Shown piece after piece: positions 20,308 to 30,375 of a stretch of DNA of 32,000 nucleotides. Positions within the stretch are counted from its first letter, which is position 1; each line of letters starts with the position of its first letter. The DNA comes from Mycobacterium tuberculosis H37Rv (GTDB lineage Bacteria > Actinomycetota > Actinomycetes > Mycobacteriales > Mycobacteriaceae). The DNA lies in the NCBI RefSeq assembly GCF_000195955.2, contig NC_000962.3, forward strand, positions 2,370,001-2,402,000, read 5' to 3'. Both the position numbers and the translations under genes were made by a program. The notes below the pieces were generated by a model. It saw only the letters and a program-made list of their open reading frames with translations, had not been told where the DNA came from and did not search any database.

Positions 20308-21189
20308 CTAGGAATTCTCGAGTGATTCGGTGTAGGCGCTGGCAAAGCGGCCGAGCGCGGCGACCTCGGCATCCATCTGGGGCATCAGCTTGGCAACGGT
20401 GTTGCGGATGGGACGTTGGCCTACCCGGGTGGACAACAACGGCTTGAGCCAACGGAACAGGGCCACCCAGCCCGGGCAGTACACGCGATCTTTTCGGCCC
20501 TCAATGCCGTTGACGAATGCGGCCGCACACTTGTTGACCGACGTGGTCTTGTTCAACGGCCAAGGGAGGCGCGCCAGCAATTCGGCGAACGCAGGCAGGT
20601 CGGCCTTGGTATCGCGAACCAACGCGGTGTCGATCCACGACATGTGCGCCGAGCCGACGCTGACGCCCAGGTGTGCGACCTCGAGTCGCAACGCGTTGGC
20701 GAAGTGCTCGTTACCCGCCTTCGACATGTTGTAGGGCGCCATCCCGGGCGGCGCCGCGAACGCGGCAAGCGACGAGACGATCAATACGTAACCGCGGCGG
20801 TCGATCAGCGCGGGCAACGTCGCCCGCACCGTGTGGAAGTTACCCAGCAAATTGACGTCCAACACCCGCCGGAACGCCTGCGGGTCGACCTTCAGCACGG
20901 AGCCGTAGCTGGCGATGCCGGCGTTGGCCACGACGACGTCGATGCCGCCGAATCGTTCGACGGCCGTCTCGGCTGCGGCCTGCATGGCGGGCAGGTCGCG
21001 CACGTCGGCTACCACGGTGAGTAGGCGGTCGTCGCCGCCGAGTTCGGCGCCCATCACCGCCAGCTCTGATTTGCTCAGGTCGGTCAGCACCAGTTTGGCG
21101 CCCTTGTTGTGCAGCCGACGGGCGACCTCAGCCCCGATTCCCCGGGCAGCACCGGTAATGAAGACGACCTTGCCTTGCAGCGATGTCAT
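20308..21189 (-). CDS. Short-chain dehydrogenase/reductase, 293 aa
   Basis: MTSLQGKVVFITGAARGIGAEVARRLHNKG (TGxxxGxG), VVANAGI, and the YxxxK site YNMSK. Corresponds to Rv2129c. Confidence 0.92.
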   Translation of the reverse strand: MTSLQGKVVFITGAARGIGAEVARRLHNKGAKLVLTDLSKSELAVMGAELGGDDRLLTVVADVRDLPAMQAAAETAVERFGGIDVVVANAGIASYGSVLKVDPQAFRRVLDVNLLGNFHTVRATLPALIDRRGYVLIVSSLAAFAAPPGMAPYNMSKAGNEHFANALRLEVAHLGVSVGSAHMSWIDTALVRDTKADLPAFAELLARLPWPLNKTTSVNKCAAAFVNGIEGRKDRVYCPGWVALFRWLKPLLSTRVGQRPIRNTVAKLMPQMDAEVAALGRFASAYTESLENS

Positions 21190-21214
21190 GGCCGAAAACG
21201 TACCGCCGCGCCGG

Positions 21215-22459
21215 CTACAGGTCCACCCCGAGCAGGGCATCGATCGCCGTCGCCACCAACTTCGGCGCCCCGGCATCGTGGCCGCCGTACTCCACCGCAT
21301 CGGTGACCCAACCATCCAGTGCGGCAATCGCTTTGGGCGTATCGAGATCGTCGGCCAGGTAGCGGCGCACCCGAGCGACAACGTCAACTGCGGCCGGACC
21401 GGCGGGAAGTGCGGTTGCGGTGCGCCAACGGTGCAGCCGGGCGGTCGCCTCGTCAAGCACCTGCTGGCTCCAGAACCGATCGGCTCGGTAGTGTCCGGCG
21501 AGCAAACCCAGCCGAACCGCCGATGGCTCAACGTCCTGCGCACGCAGCGCCGACACCAGCACGAGGTTGCCGCGGCTCTTTGACATCTTGTGCCCGTCCC
21601 AGCCGATCATCCCGGCATGCACGTAGTGCCGCGCGAATCGCCGTTCGCCGCTGACACATTCGGCGTGCGCAGCGGTGAACTCGTGGTGCGGAAAGATCAG
21701 ATCGCTACCACCGCCCTGGATGTCGAGGCCGCTTCCGATACGACTGAGCGCGATGGCTGCGCACTCGACATGCCAGCCTGGCCGGCCAGGCCCGAACGGG
21801 GACGGCCAGCTGGGCTCACCGGGCCGCGCGGCCCGCCACAACAACGCGTCGAGTTCGTCGCTCTTGCCGGGGCGCCGCGGATCGCCGCCACGTTCCTCGC
21901 ACAGCCGCAGCATGGTGTCACGGTCATACCCTGACTCGTAGCCGAACTGCAGGGTGGCGTCAGCGCGGAAGTAGATGTCCTGGTACTCTCCCATTTCCCG
22001 GTCTATGACATAGGCCGCCCCGCACGCCAGCATTTTTTCGATGAGCTCGACCATTTCAGCAATCGCTTCGGTGGCCCCCACGTAGTCTTGCGGTGGTAGC
22101 ACCCGCAGCGCCGCCATGTCCTCACAGAACAGGGCGACCTCGGCTTGGGCAAGGTCACGCCAGTCGACACCGTCGCGATCCGCGCGCTCAAATAGTGGAT
22201 CGTCGATGTCGGTGATGTTCTGGACATAGTGCAATTCATGACCGAGATCCAGCCACAGCCGATGGATCAGGTCGAACGTCACATAGGTGGCAGCATGGCC
22301 CAGATGCGTGGCGTCGTAGGGCGTGATCCCGCAGACGTACATGGTGGCCTTAGATCCGGGCGCCACCGGACGGACCTGCCGGTCGGCGCTGTCGTACAGC
22401 CGTAGCTGCGGGCCTCGTCCCGGCAACACCGGAACCGGTGGGCAATACCACGACTGCAT
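21215..22459 (-). CDS. mshC: Cysteine:1D-myo-inositol 2-amino-2-deoxy-alpha-D-glucopyranoside ligase MshC (mycothiol biosynthesis)
   Basis: Class I cysteinyl-tRNA-synthetase fold: [59 protein letters not shown]. 414 aa, the shorter MshC type. Confidence 0.95.
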
Positions 22460-22516
22460 GTCCTCGACTCTAAACGGCCCGGTGACTCCAGCCTTTCTGA
22501 GCAGCCCGCGCGCCGA

Positions 22517-23320
22517 TCAGCGCCACGCGTCGGCGATGGCACCGAGCAGGATCGGCGCCACCTCGGCTCGACACATCAGCAGATCCGGCAGGTAGGGGTC
22601 CAGTTGGTTGTATCGCAGCGGCGAGCCATCGAGTCGTGACGCGTGCATGCCGGCGGCCAACATCACCCCAGCCGGCGCCGCGGAATCCCACTCCCATTGG
22701 CCTCCGGCGTGCAGGTAGGCGTCGACGTAGCCGTCAATGACGGCCATCGCTTTGGCGCCCGCCGAACCGATCGACACCGGTTGGATCGCCAGCGTCTGGC
22801 GGATGCGGTGCAGGACTGCCGGTGGCCGGGTGGCGCTGACGGCAATCCGCAAGGTGCCAGGAACGCCGGCCGGCGCGGCGCCGGAAGTCACCGTATCGGT
22901 GCGGTACACCACGTTGCCACGGGCCGGCAACGCCACCGCGGCGTCGGTGATCTCGGGCTGGCCATTGGAGGAACGCCGCCACAGCGCAATGTGTACCGCC
23001 CAGTCGTCGCGACCCGGTGTGGAGAACTCGCGGGTGCCATCCAACGGGTCAATAATCCACACCCGATCGGATTTCAGCCGGGCCAGATCGTCGTGGGCCT
23101 CCTCACTGAGCACTGCGTCACCCGGCCGTTCGGCCTGCAGCCGTCGCAACAGCAGCGAGTTAGCCTGGCGGTCACCGGCTTCCCCGAGCGTCCATGGCTG
23201 ATCGAAACCGATCTCCGCACGCACCTGGAGCAACAGCTTTCCCGCGTCCGCCGCCAGGTCGGCGGCCAGCTCGGCGTCAGTCAGGTCGTCCGTCAGATCA
23301 GGTGCGGCAGGGCTCACCAC
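22517..23320 (-). CDS. cysQ: CysQ-type 3'-phosphoadenosine-5'-phosphate / inositol monophosphatase-family phosphatase, 267 aa
   Basis: [21 protein letters not shown], and [17 protein letters not shown] motifs. GTG start at 23320. Confidence 0.93.
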
Positions 23321-23366
23321 TTCAGTATCGCCGAGCTGAACGCAGGCATTTGACAATGGGGCTTCA

Positions 23367-23399
23367 CATCATGATGCTCTATAATTCGCATCTTGATGC
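23367..23399 (+). promoter_or_regulatory. Candidate promoter/operator of the antitoxin gene: two CATCNTGATG palindromes flanking a TATAAT box
   Basis: CATCATGATG (23367-23376), TATAAT (23380-23385), GCATCTTGATGC (23388-23399). Palindrome starts are 22 bp apart. Confidence 0.55.
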
Positions 23400-23410
23400 A
23401 CAATAGTGGG

Positions 23411-23641
23411 ATGCGAACCACGGTCAGTCTCGCCGACGACGTTGCCGCTGCCGTGCAGCGCTTGCGGAAGGAACGCTCGATCGGGCTGAGCGAAGCCGTC
23501 AACGAGTTGATCCGTGCCGGGCTCACGAAACGACAGGTCGCAAATCGGTTCCAGCAGCAGACGTACGACATGGGCGAGGGAATCGACTACTCCAACATCG
23601 GCGACGCGATCGAAACACTGGACGGCCCGGCAAGCGGCTAA
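23411..23641 (+). CDS. Ribbon-helix-helix VapB-like antitoxin, 76 aa
   Basis: MRTTVSLADDVAAAVQRLRKERSIGLSEAVNELIRAGLTKR has the N-terminal RHH pattern of VapB antitoxins. Corresponds to Rv2132. Confidence 0.85.
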   Translation: MRTTVSLADDVAAAVQRLRKERSIGLSEAVNELIRAGLTKRQVANRFQQQTYDMGEGIDYSNIGDAIETLDGPASG

Positions 23642-23850
23642 TGCTCATTGACGCAAACCTCCTGCTCTATGCCGTCGACGAGCGTGCCGCGCGGCACCGC
23701 GCCGCGGTTGGCTGGCTTTCGGAACAACTCAACGGCTCCCGTCGGGTCGGCTTGCCGTGGCAGAGCCTGGCCGCCTTCCTGCGGATCGGGACTCATCCAC
23801 GTGCGTTCCCGCGACCACTCACACCTGCCGCGGCATTCGACATCGTCGAC
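23641..23850 (+). pseudogene. Truncated VapC/PIN-domain toxin remnant
   Basis: MLIDANLLLYAVDERAARHRAAVGWLSEQLNGSRRVGLPWQSLAAFLRIGTHPRAFPRPLTPAAAFDIVD starts in a TAATG overlap with the antitoxin stop. PIN-like sequence ends near the 3' end of the converging gene, and the ORF then runs antisense to it. Confidence 0.75.
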
Positions 23851-24666
23851 CTAAAACGCCGGCCAGGGAATGGGACGATGCCCATTCGGCCCGGGCATCA
23901 CCGGTTGGTCCAGCAGCGATTGCGCGCGTCGGCGCAGCGCGCCGATTTCGGCTGCGGCGATTCGCCCGGCCAACGCCTCGGCAAGCGGGCCGCCAAGAGC
24001 ATCGGCGAGCCCGGCAACCGCCTGCAGAATTTGGTCGTCAATCGGCTTGCCGGCCCAACCCCACAGCACGGTGCGCAGCTTGTTCTCGACGTGCAGACAC
24101 AATCCATGGTCGACCCCGTAGACCTGGCCGTCGATGCCGCACAGGATGTGACCGCCCTTGCGGTCGGCGTTGTTGATAAGCACGTCGAACACCGCCATCC
24201 GGCGCAACCGGATGTCGTCCGCGTGCATCAAAACGACCTCGTCACCGGCGTAGTCGTAGGCCCGCAGCACCGGCAGATAGCCCGGCCGCGGCCGGTGGGC
24301 GGGAAACAGGTCGACCAGGTCGGGCCCGGGCAGAGGGTCGGAGTCGACCGCGTCGCCGGGTTGCTGCACCCAGAGCTGTAGCATGCCTATGCCCGCCGGA
24401 CCGTCTCGGATGATGGTGTGCGGCACCAGGTTCCAGCCCAACTGTGTCGACACCAGATAGGCGCTGAGTTCGCGGCCGGCCAGCGTTCCGTCGGGGAAAT
24501 CCCACAACGGCCGCTCGCCCGAGACCGGCTTGTAGACGCAATGCAGGCTGCGCAGACCCAGCGTGGACTCACACAAAAAGGTGGCGTTGCTCGCCGAGCG
24601 GATCCGCCCGAGGACTGTCAGCTCGCCGTCGGCCAACACCGCATGCTCGTCATCCCGCAGGGTCAT
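23851..24666 (-). CDS. PI3/4-kinase-like / SCO1664-family protein (start 24666 ATG or 24639 GTG)
   Basis: CVYKPVSGERPLWDFPDGTLAGRELSAYLVS, VLINNADRKGGHILC, QVYGVDHGLCLH. Corresponds to Rv2133c. Confidence 0.85.
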   Translation of the reverse strand: MTLRDDEHAVLADGELTVLGRIRSASNATFLCESTLGLRSLHCVYKPVSGERPLWDFPDGTLAGRELSAYLVSTQLGWNLVPHTIIRDGPAGIGMLQLWVQQPGDAVDSDPLPGPDLVDLFPAHRPRPGYLPVLRAYDYAGDEVVLMHADDIRLRRMAVFDVLINNADRKGGHILCGIDGQVYGVDHGLCLHVENKLRTVLWGWAGKPIDDQILQAVAGLADALGGPLAEALAGRIAAAEIGALRRRAQSLLDQPVMPGPNGHRPIPWPAF

Positions 24667-25237
24667 CGCCAGACCCGAGCAGCACATCGCGCCGGTAACC
24701 GTTGGTGCGCGCACAGATGTGTCCCTCGGGATCCAGCGGTTCATCGCAGAGCGGGCACGGCGGGCGTCCCGCAGAGATGACGCGGTAGGACCGAGTAGCG
24801 AACTGTCGGGCGGACTCCGGCGTCAGAAATACCCGCACCGCGTCGGGCCCTTCCTCGGTGTCGTCGAGCACCACGGAAGCGTCGAACTCCGCGTCGGTGA
24901 CGGCCAGCAGTTCGACCACCACGCTCTGCGCCTCCGAATCCCAGCCCAGCCCCATCGTCCCGACCCGAAACTCGGCATCCACCGGCATGATCAGGGGGCT
25001 GAGGTCGTCGATCTCAGTGGGTTCCGGGGGCACCGGGGTGCCGAACCGGCGGTTAACCTCGAACAGCAGCGCTCCGATGCGCTCGGCGAGCACCGCAACC
25101 TGCTGCTTCTCCAGGACCACCGACACCACCCGGGAGTCGTGCACCGCCTGTAGGTAGAACGTGCGGTTTCCGGGCTGGCCAACAGTCCCGGCGACGAAAC
25201 GGTCGGGTGTGCGGAATACGTGAATTGCGCGGGCCAT
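24650..25237 (-). CDS. DUF3090-family protein, 195 aa
   Basis: MARAIHVFRTPDRFVAGTVGQPGNRTFYLQA... C-terminal RPPCPLCDEPLDPEGHICARTNGYRR. Corresponds to Rv2134c. Confidence 0.87.
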   Translation of the reverse strand: MARAIHVFRTPDRFVAGTVGQPGNRTFYLQAVHDSRVVSVVLEKQQVAVLAERIGALLFEVNRRFGTPVPPEPTEIDDLSPLIMPVDAEFRVGTMGLGWDSEAQSVVVELLAVTDAEFDASVVLDDTEEGPDAVRVFLTPESARQFATRSYRVISAGRPPCPLCDEPLDPEGHICARTNGYRRDVLLGSGDDPAG

Positions 25238-25300
25238 GGCACCTCCAAAATACCGCGCAGACGCCGTTGCCGCGTTCTTCGTCGACGGTCACCCCACACG

Positions 25301-26011
25301 CTAGTCGGTGGAACCGCCGATCACCGCGTCGCCGGGTGGCACCGCCGCGTTCGGCTCCGGTGACGCACCCTGGGCGGAAGCCGCGGCCTGCAAAGCCGGG
25401 GCCAGCCGGGCGCCGGTGTGGTTGACGTGCAGCACGAACGGGCGCAGCTGGGTGTAGCGGACGACACTCACCGAACCCGGGTCGGCGGTGATTCGCTGAA
25501 AGCTGTCCAGATGCATACCGAACGCGTCTGCGATCACCGCCTTGATGACATCGCCATGGGTGCAGGCCAGCCACAGCACGTCGTGGCCGTGCTGATCGGC
25601 CAGCCGCCGGTCGTGTTCGCGGACGGCTGCCACAGCGCGAGTCTGCACCTGCGCCAAACCCTCACCGCCGGGAAACACCGCCGCGCTGGGGTGGGCCTGG
25701 ACTACCCGCCACAACGGCTCGTCGACCAGGTCACCGATTTTTCTGCCAGTCCATTCGCCGTAGTCGACTTCGGAGAACCGGTCATCGATGAGCGGCTCCA
25801 GGCACAGCGCCTCGGCCAGCGGTTCGACGGTGCGTTGACACCGCAGCATTGGAGAAGACGCGACCGCCCGGATCGGCAGGTCACCAATTCGATCGATCAA
25901 CCCGGTGGCCTGCTCGCGCCCCTTCTCGTCGAGGTCGACGCCGGACCGGCCGGCCAGCACGCCCGCGGTGTTCGAGGTGGAACGGGCATGGCGTAGCAAG
26001 ATGACGGTCAT
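25301..26011 (-). CDS. Histidine phosphatase (phosphoglycerate-mutase-like) superfamily protein, 236 aa
   Basis: [29 protein letters not shown] (RHG-type motif) and [20 protein letters not shown]. Corresponds to Rv2135c. Confidence 0.9.
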
Positions 26012-26838
26012 GTCGCGGCTACCGTCCCGGTAGCCAGCAGCACGAGCATGCCCGTCCCGACGAGCACCCGGTAGCCGACGAACCAGTACATGTTGTGTCG
26101 CACCAGAAACCGCAGCAGCCAGGCCACCGCGGTCAGACCGAGGACGAACGCGATCAGGGTGGCCACCAGCAACTGCGGGCCAGTAGCGCTCATGCCCTCG
26201 GTTACCGGGTGGAATGCGTCGGGCAACGAGAACAACCCGGAGGCGAACACCGCTGGAATGGCCAGCAGGAATCCGAATCGGGCGGCCAGTTCACGGTCGA
26301 GTCCGAGAAACAGTCCAGCGCTGATGGTCGACCCGGACCTGGATACCCCGGGGACCAGCGCCAGGGTTTGGGCAATACCAACCACCACGGCATCCCGCCA
26401 GGTCAACCGCTCAATGTGACGACTCTGGCGCCCCACGTATTCGGCGAGTGCGATCACCCCGGAAAACACCACCAGCGCGGTCACCACGACCCACAGGTTG
26501 CGGACGCCCGACCGGATGTCGTCTTTGAAGAACAGGCCCAGAATGCAGATCGGGATTGTGCCGATGATGACATACCAGCCCAGCCGATAATCGGTGTTTC
26601 GATGTGCCTTCACGACCAGGCCGTGCAACCAAGCGCTCAGGATGCGCACAATATCGCGCGCAAAGTAGATCACTACGGCGGCCTCGGTGCCCAACTGGCT
26701 CACGGCGGTGAACGAGGCACCGGCGTCGCCGCTGAAGAAGATCCGCGACACGATCGCCAGATGTCCCGAGGACGACACCGGCAGGAACTCGGTCAAACCC
26801 TGGGCCGCGGCCAACACGATGACTTGCCACCAAGACAT
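26008..26838 (-). CDS. uppP: Undecaprenyl-diphosphatase UppP/BacA, 276 aa
   Basis: [33 protein letters not shown] and [26 protein letters not shown]. Confidence 0.95.
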
Positions 26839-26901
26839 CGCCGGAGCCGCGGTCACGACGACGACGGTACCCGGTTACCGGCGGCCGGTAGACGGATGCG
26901 C

Positions 26902-27315
26902 CTAACGCGACACCGGCGCCGCGGATGCCACCGAGTCGCGCACGGCCGCAGCAAGGCTGCGTTCGTCGGTCAGGTCAATGTCGACCAGGCCACGGACCGC
27001 CATCGCGACCACATCCTCAGCCTGCGGCACCGGACCGGCCACGCGCGGTCGATAGATTTCGACGACGAGCGAGCGATGCTCGATGTGGAAGGAGAAACTG
27101 CGTCCATCGCCGACTTGCCCATACCCGCTGGCGAAAATTCCCGTCGATATATCTTCAACAGCAAACTCTTCGCGCTTGTCTGCGAGATGCCGGTCAGCGG
27201 TGACGGTCATGCCCAGAGAATACCTCTGGAGTACCATTTCCCGTGGGCGACATGACGAGATTGAAAGCAACTTGCCAGATTCGGATTCGTGAGAGGTTGA
27301 CTTCATGTTTCGCAT
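26902..27315 (-). CDS. Conserved hypothetical protein, 137 aa
   Basis: Intact ORF upstream of and co-oriented with uppP. The N-terminal start is uncertain (MVLQRYSLGM is a possible internal start). Corresponds to Rv2137c. Confidence 0.7.
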   Translation of the reverse strand: MRNMKSTSHESESGKLLSISSCRPREMVLQRYSLGMTVTADRHLADKREEFAVEDISTGIFASGYGQVGDGRSFSFHIEHRSLVVEIYRPRVAGPVPQAEDVVAMAVRGLVDIDLTDERSLAAAVRDSVASAAPVSR

Positions 27316-27329
27316 CCGAAGGCTGACCG

Positions 27330-28406
27330 TTGCTAACAGGGAATAAACCAGCAGTTCAACGCCGCTTCATCGGCCTGTTGATGTTGTCAGTCCTGGTCGC
27401 AGGCTGTTCTTCGAACCCGCTGGCTAACTTCGCACCCGGGTATCCGCCCACCATCGAACCCGCCCAACCGGCGGTGTCACCGCCTACTTCGCAAGACCCG
27501 GCCGGTGCAGTGCGACCACTGAGCGGCCACCCCCGGGCGGCACTATTCGACAACGGCACCCGCCAATTGGTGGCTCTGCGCCCGGGCGCCGATTCGGCGG
27601 CACCCGCCAGCATCATGGTCTTCGATGACGTGCACGTTGCACCGCGCGTCATTTTTCTGCCGGGCCCGGCAGCCGCGTTGACCAGCGACGACCACGGCAC
27701 GGCCTTCCTTGCCGCCCGCGGCGGCTACTTCGTGGCCGACCTGTCCTCCGGTCACACCGCACGAGTGAATGTCGCTGACGCAGCGCACACCGATTTCACC
27801 GCGATCGCCCGCCGCTCCGACGGCAAGCTGGTGCTGGGCAGCGCAGATGGCGCCGTCTACACGCTTGCCAAGAACCCCGCAGTTGACCCGGCGTCCGGCG
27901 CCGCCACCGTAGCCAGCCGGACCAAGATCTTCGCGCGCGTGGATGCCCTTGTAACACAAGGGAATACAACCGTTGTTCTGGATCGTGGCCAGACCTCGGT
28001 GACCACGATCGGCGCCGACGGTCATGCCCAGCAGGCACTGCGCGCCGGCCAAGGTGCGACGACCATGGCCGCCGATCCGCTGGGCCGGGTGCTGATCGCC
28101 GACACCCGTGGTGGCCAACTACTGGTGTACGGCGTCGACCCGCTGATCTTGCGCCAGGCCTACCCGGTGCGGCAGGCTCCGTACGGGCTGGCCGGATCCC
28201 GCGAATTGGCGTGGGTGTCCCAAACCGCGTCCAACACCGTCATTGGTTACGATCTGACCACCGGAATACCCGTAGAGAAGGTGCGTTACCCAACCGTGCA
28301 ACAACCCAACTCGTTGGCCTTCGACGAAACGTCGGACACCTTGTACGTGGTGTCGGGATCCGGTGCCGGGGTCCAGGTCATCGAACACGCGGCGGGCACC
28401 CGATGA
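27330..28406 (+). CDS. lppL: Lipoprotein LppL, predicted beta-propeller, 358 aa
   Basis: Lipobox [14 protein letters not shown]. Repeating blade-like segments ([37 protein letters not shown]). TTG start. Confidence 0.88.
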
Positions 28407-28684
28407 GCAGCCGACCCGCGGCGCGGCGGACCTGGTTGCCTACCGGCTGGGATTCCGAGATGTCCGACGAGTACGAGTGGGCGCCATTGCGCCTACCGCC
28501 AGAAGTGACCAGGGTCAGCGCGTCCACCCGGCTGTCCATCGAGGCCGAATACCGCGGCTGGGAGCTAGCACGGGTACGCCTCTATACCGACGGCAGCAGG
28601 CGGGTATTGTTGCGCCGCAAGAAATCTCGCTGGGCAGACGCAGAGGCGAACCGCCGGCCAGACCAGCCGCAGCTGTGGCTCTGA
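28403..28684 (+). CDS. Small protein, 93 aa, DUF5703-like
   Basis: ATGA overlap with the lppL stop. [77 protein letters not shown]... is followed by pyrD 36 nt downstream. Confidence 0.75.
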
Positions 28685-28719
28685 AGGCCGGGGCCAGCCC
28701 GCGCGCAGACCGCTATCGG

Positions 28720-29793
28720 ATGTATCCCCTGGTGCGTCGGCTGTTGTTCCTGATCCCACCCGAGCACGCGCACAAGTTGGTTTTCGCCGTGCTGCGCGGC
28801 GTGGCCGCCGTGGCGCCAGTGCGCCGGCTCTTGCGCCGACTGCTGGGCCCGACGGATCCGGTGCTGGCCAGCACGGTGTTCGGGGTGCGCTTCCCGGCAC
28901 CGCTCGGGCTGGCCGCGGGGTTCGACAAGGACGGCACCGCACTATCCAGTTGGGGTGCGATGGGGTTCGGCTACGCCGAGATCGGCACCGTCACCGCTCA
29001 TCCGCAGCCCGGCAACCCGGCCCCCCGCCTGTTCCGGCTGGCCGACGACCGCGCCCTGCTGAACCGGATGGGGTTCAACAATCACGGTGCCCGGGCACTG
29101 GCGATCCGACTCGCGCGGCACCGACCCGAGATCCCGATCGGGGTGAATATCGGCAAGACCAAGAAAACGCCGGCCGGCGACGCGGTCAACGACTACCGGG
29201 CCAGCGCCCGGATGGTCGGCCCGCTGGCGTCGTATCTGGTGGTCAACGTCAGCTCTCCGAACACACCGGGGTTACGCGATCTGCAGGCGGTCGAATCGCT
29301 GCGGCCCATCCTGTCTGCCGTCCGCGCCGAGACTTCGACGCCGGTGCTGGTGAAGATCGCGCCGGACTTGTCCGATTCCGACCTCGACGACATCGCGGAC
29401 CTGGCCGTCGAGCTAGACCTGGCCGGCATCGTGGCAACCAACACCACGGTGTCACGCGACGGCCTGACCACACCGGGGGTCGACCGGTTGGGTCCCGGCG
29501 GCATCTCGGGGCCACCGCTGGCTCAGCGCGCGGTCCAGGTGCTGCGTCGGCTCTATGACCGGGTCGGTGATCGATTGGCGCTGATCAGCGTGGGCGGGAT
29601 CGAGACGGCCGACGACGCGTGGGAGCGCATCACAGCGGGCGCATCGCTGCTACAGGGCTATACCGGCTTCATCTACGGCGGGGAACGGTGGGCCAAGGAC
29701 ATCCATGAAGGCATTGCCCGCAGGCTGCATGACGGCGGGTTCGGCTCGCTGCACGAAGCGGTCGGCTCGGCAAGACGTCGGCAACCCAGCTAA
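28720..29793 (+). CDS. pyrD: Dihydroorotate dehydrogenase (quinone), class 2, 357 aa
   Basis: [27 protein letters not shown]; [17 protein letters not shown]; [16 protein letters not shown]; [16 protein letters not shown]. Confidence 0.96.
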
Positions 29794-29797
29794 AGCG

Positions 29798-30328
29798 CTA
29801 ACGCTGCTCGTAGGTGCCGAAGATGACCGCTCGTGCAATCGCGTGCTGGAACAGGTTGAATCCCAGATATGCAGGACTCGCGTCCTCGGGGAGGTCGAGC
29901 TTTTCGACCTTCACCGCGTGTACCGCGACGTAGTAGCGATGCACCCCATGACCGGGAGGCGGCGCCGCACCCACATACCGGCGCATACCGGCGTCGTTGA
30001 CCAATGTCAGTGCCCCGCCCGGCAGTTCGCGGCCATCGCCGACACCCTCGGGCAACTCGGTGACGTTGGCAGGCAGGTTGGCCACCGCCCAGTGCCAGAA
30101 CCCGGACAGGGTGGGGGCATCAGGGTCGTAGACGGTTACCGCGAAGCTGCGGGTCTCGCTGGGAAATCCCGACCACCTCAGCTGCGGACTGGCATCCGCC
30201 CCGCCCGCACCCATGATCCCGCTGACCTGGGGTGTAGCCAGCGGCTGCCCATCGGTGATCGAGGTTGACGTCAGGCTGAAGGACGGCAGCTTGGGCAGCG
30301 CGGCATACGGGTCGGGTGAAGTTGTCAT
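29798..30328 (-). CDS. PEBP/YbhB-YbcL family protein, 176 aa
   Basis: [28 protein letters not shown]; [40 protein letters not shown]; [14 protein letters not shown]. Corresponds to Rv2140c (TB18.6). Confidence 0.93.
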
Positions 30329-30375
30329 GGTCAGTCCTCTCGTGTGATCGACGTTGCGACTAGCCTCGTTTTCGA

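Noticed and set aside
23350-23355. TTGACA as the -35 partner of the TATAAT at 23380
   Set aside because: Spacing is 24 nt, too long for a standard sigma-A promoter; the -10 alone is kept as a candidate.
26095-27255. 386-aa plus-strand ORF
   Set aside because: Antisense shadow of uppP and Rv2137c; no recognisable domain.
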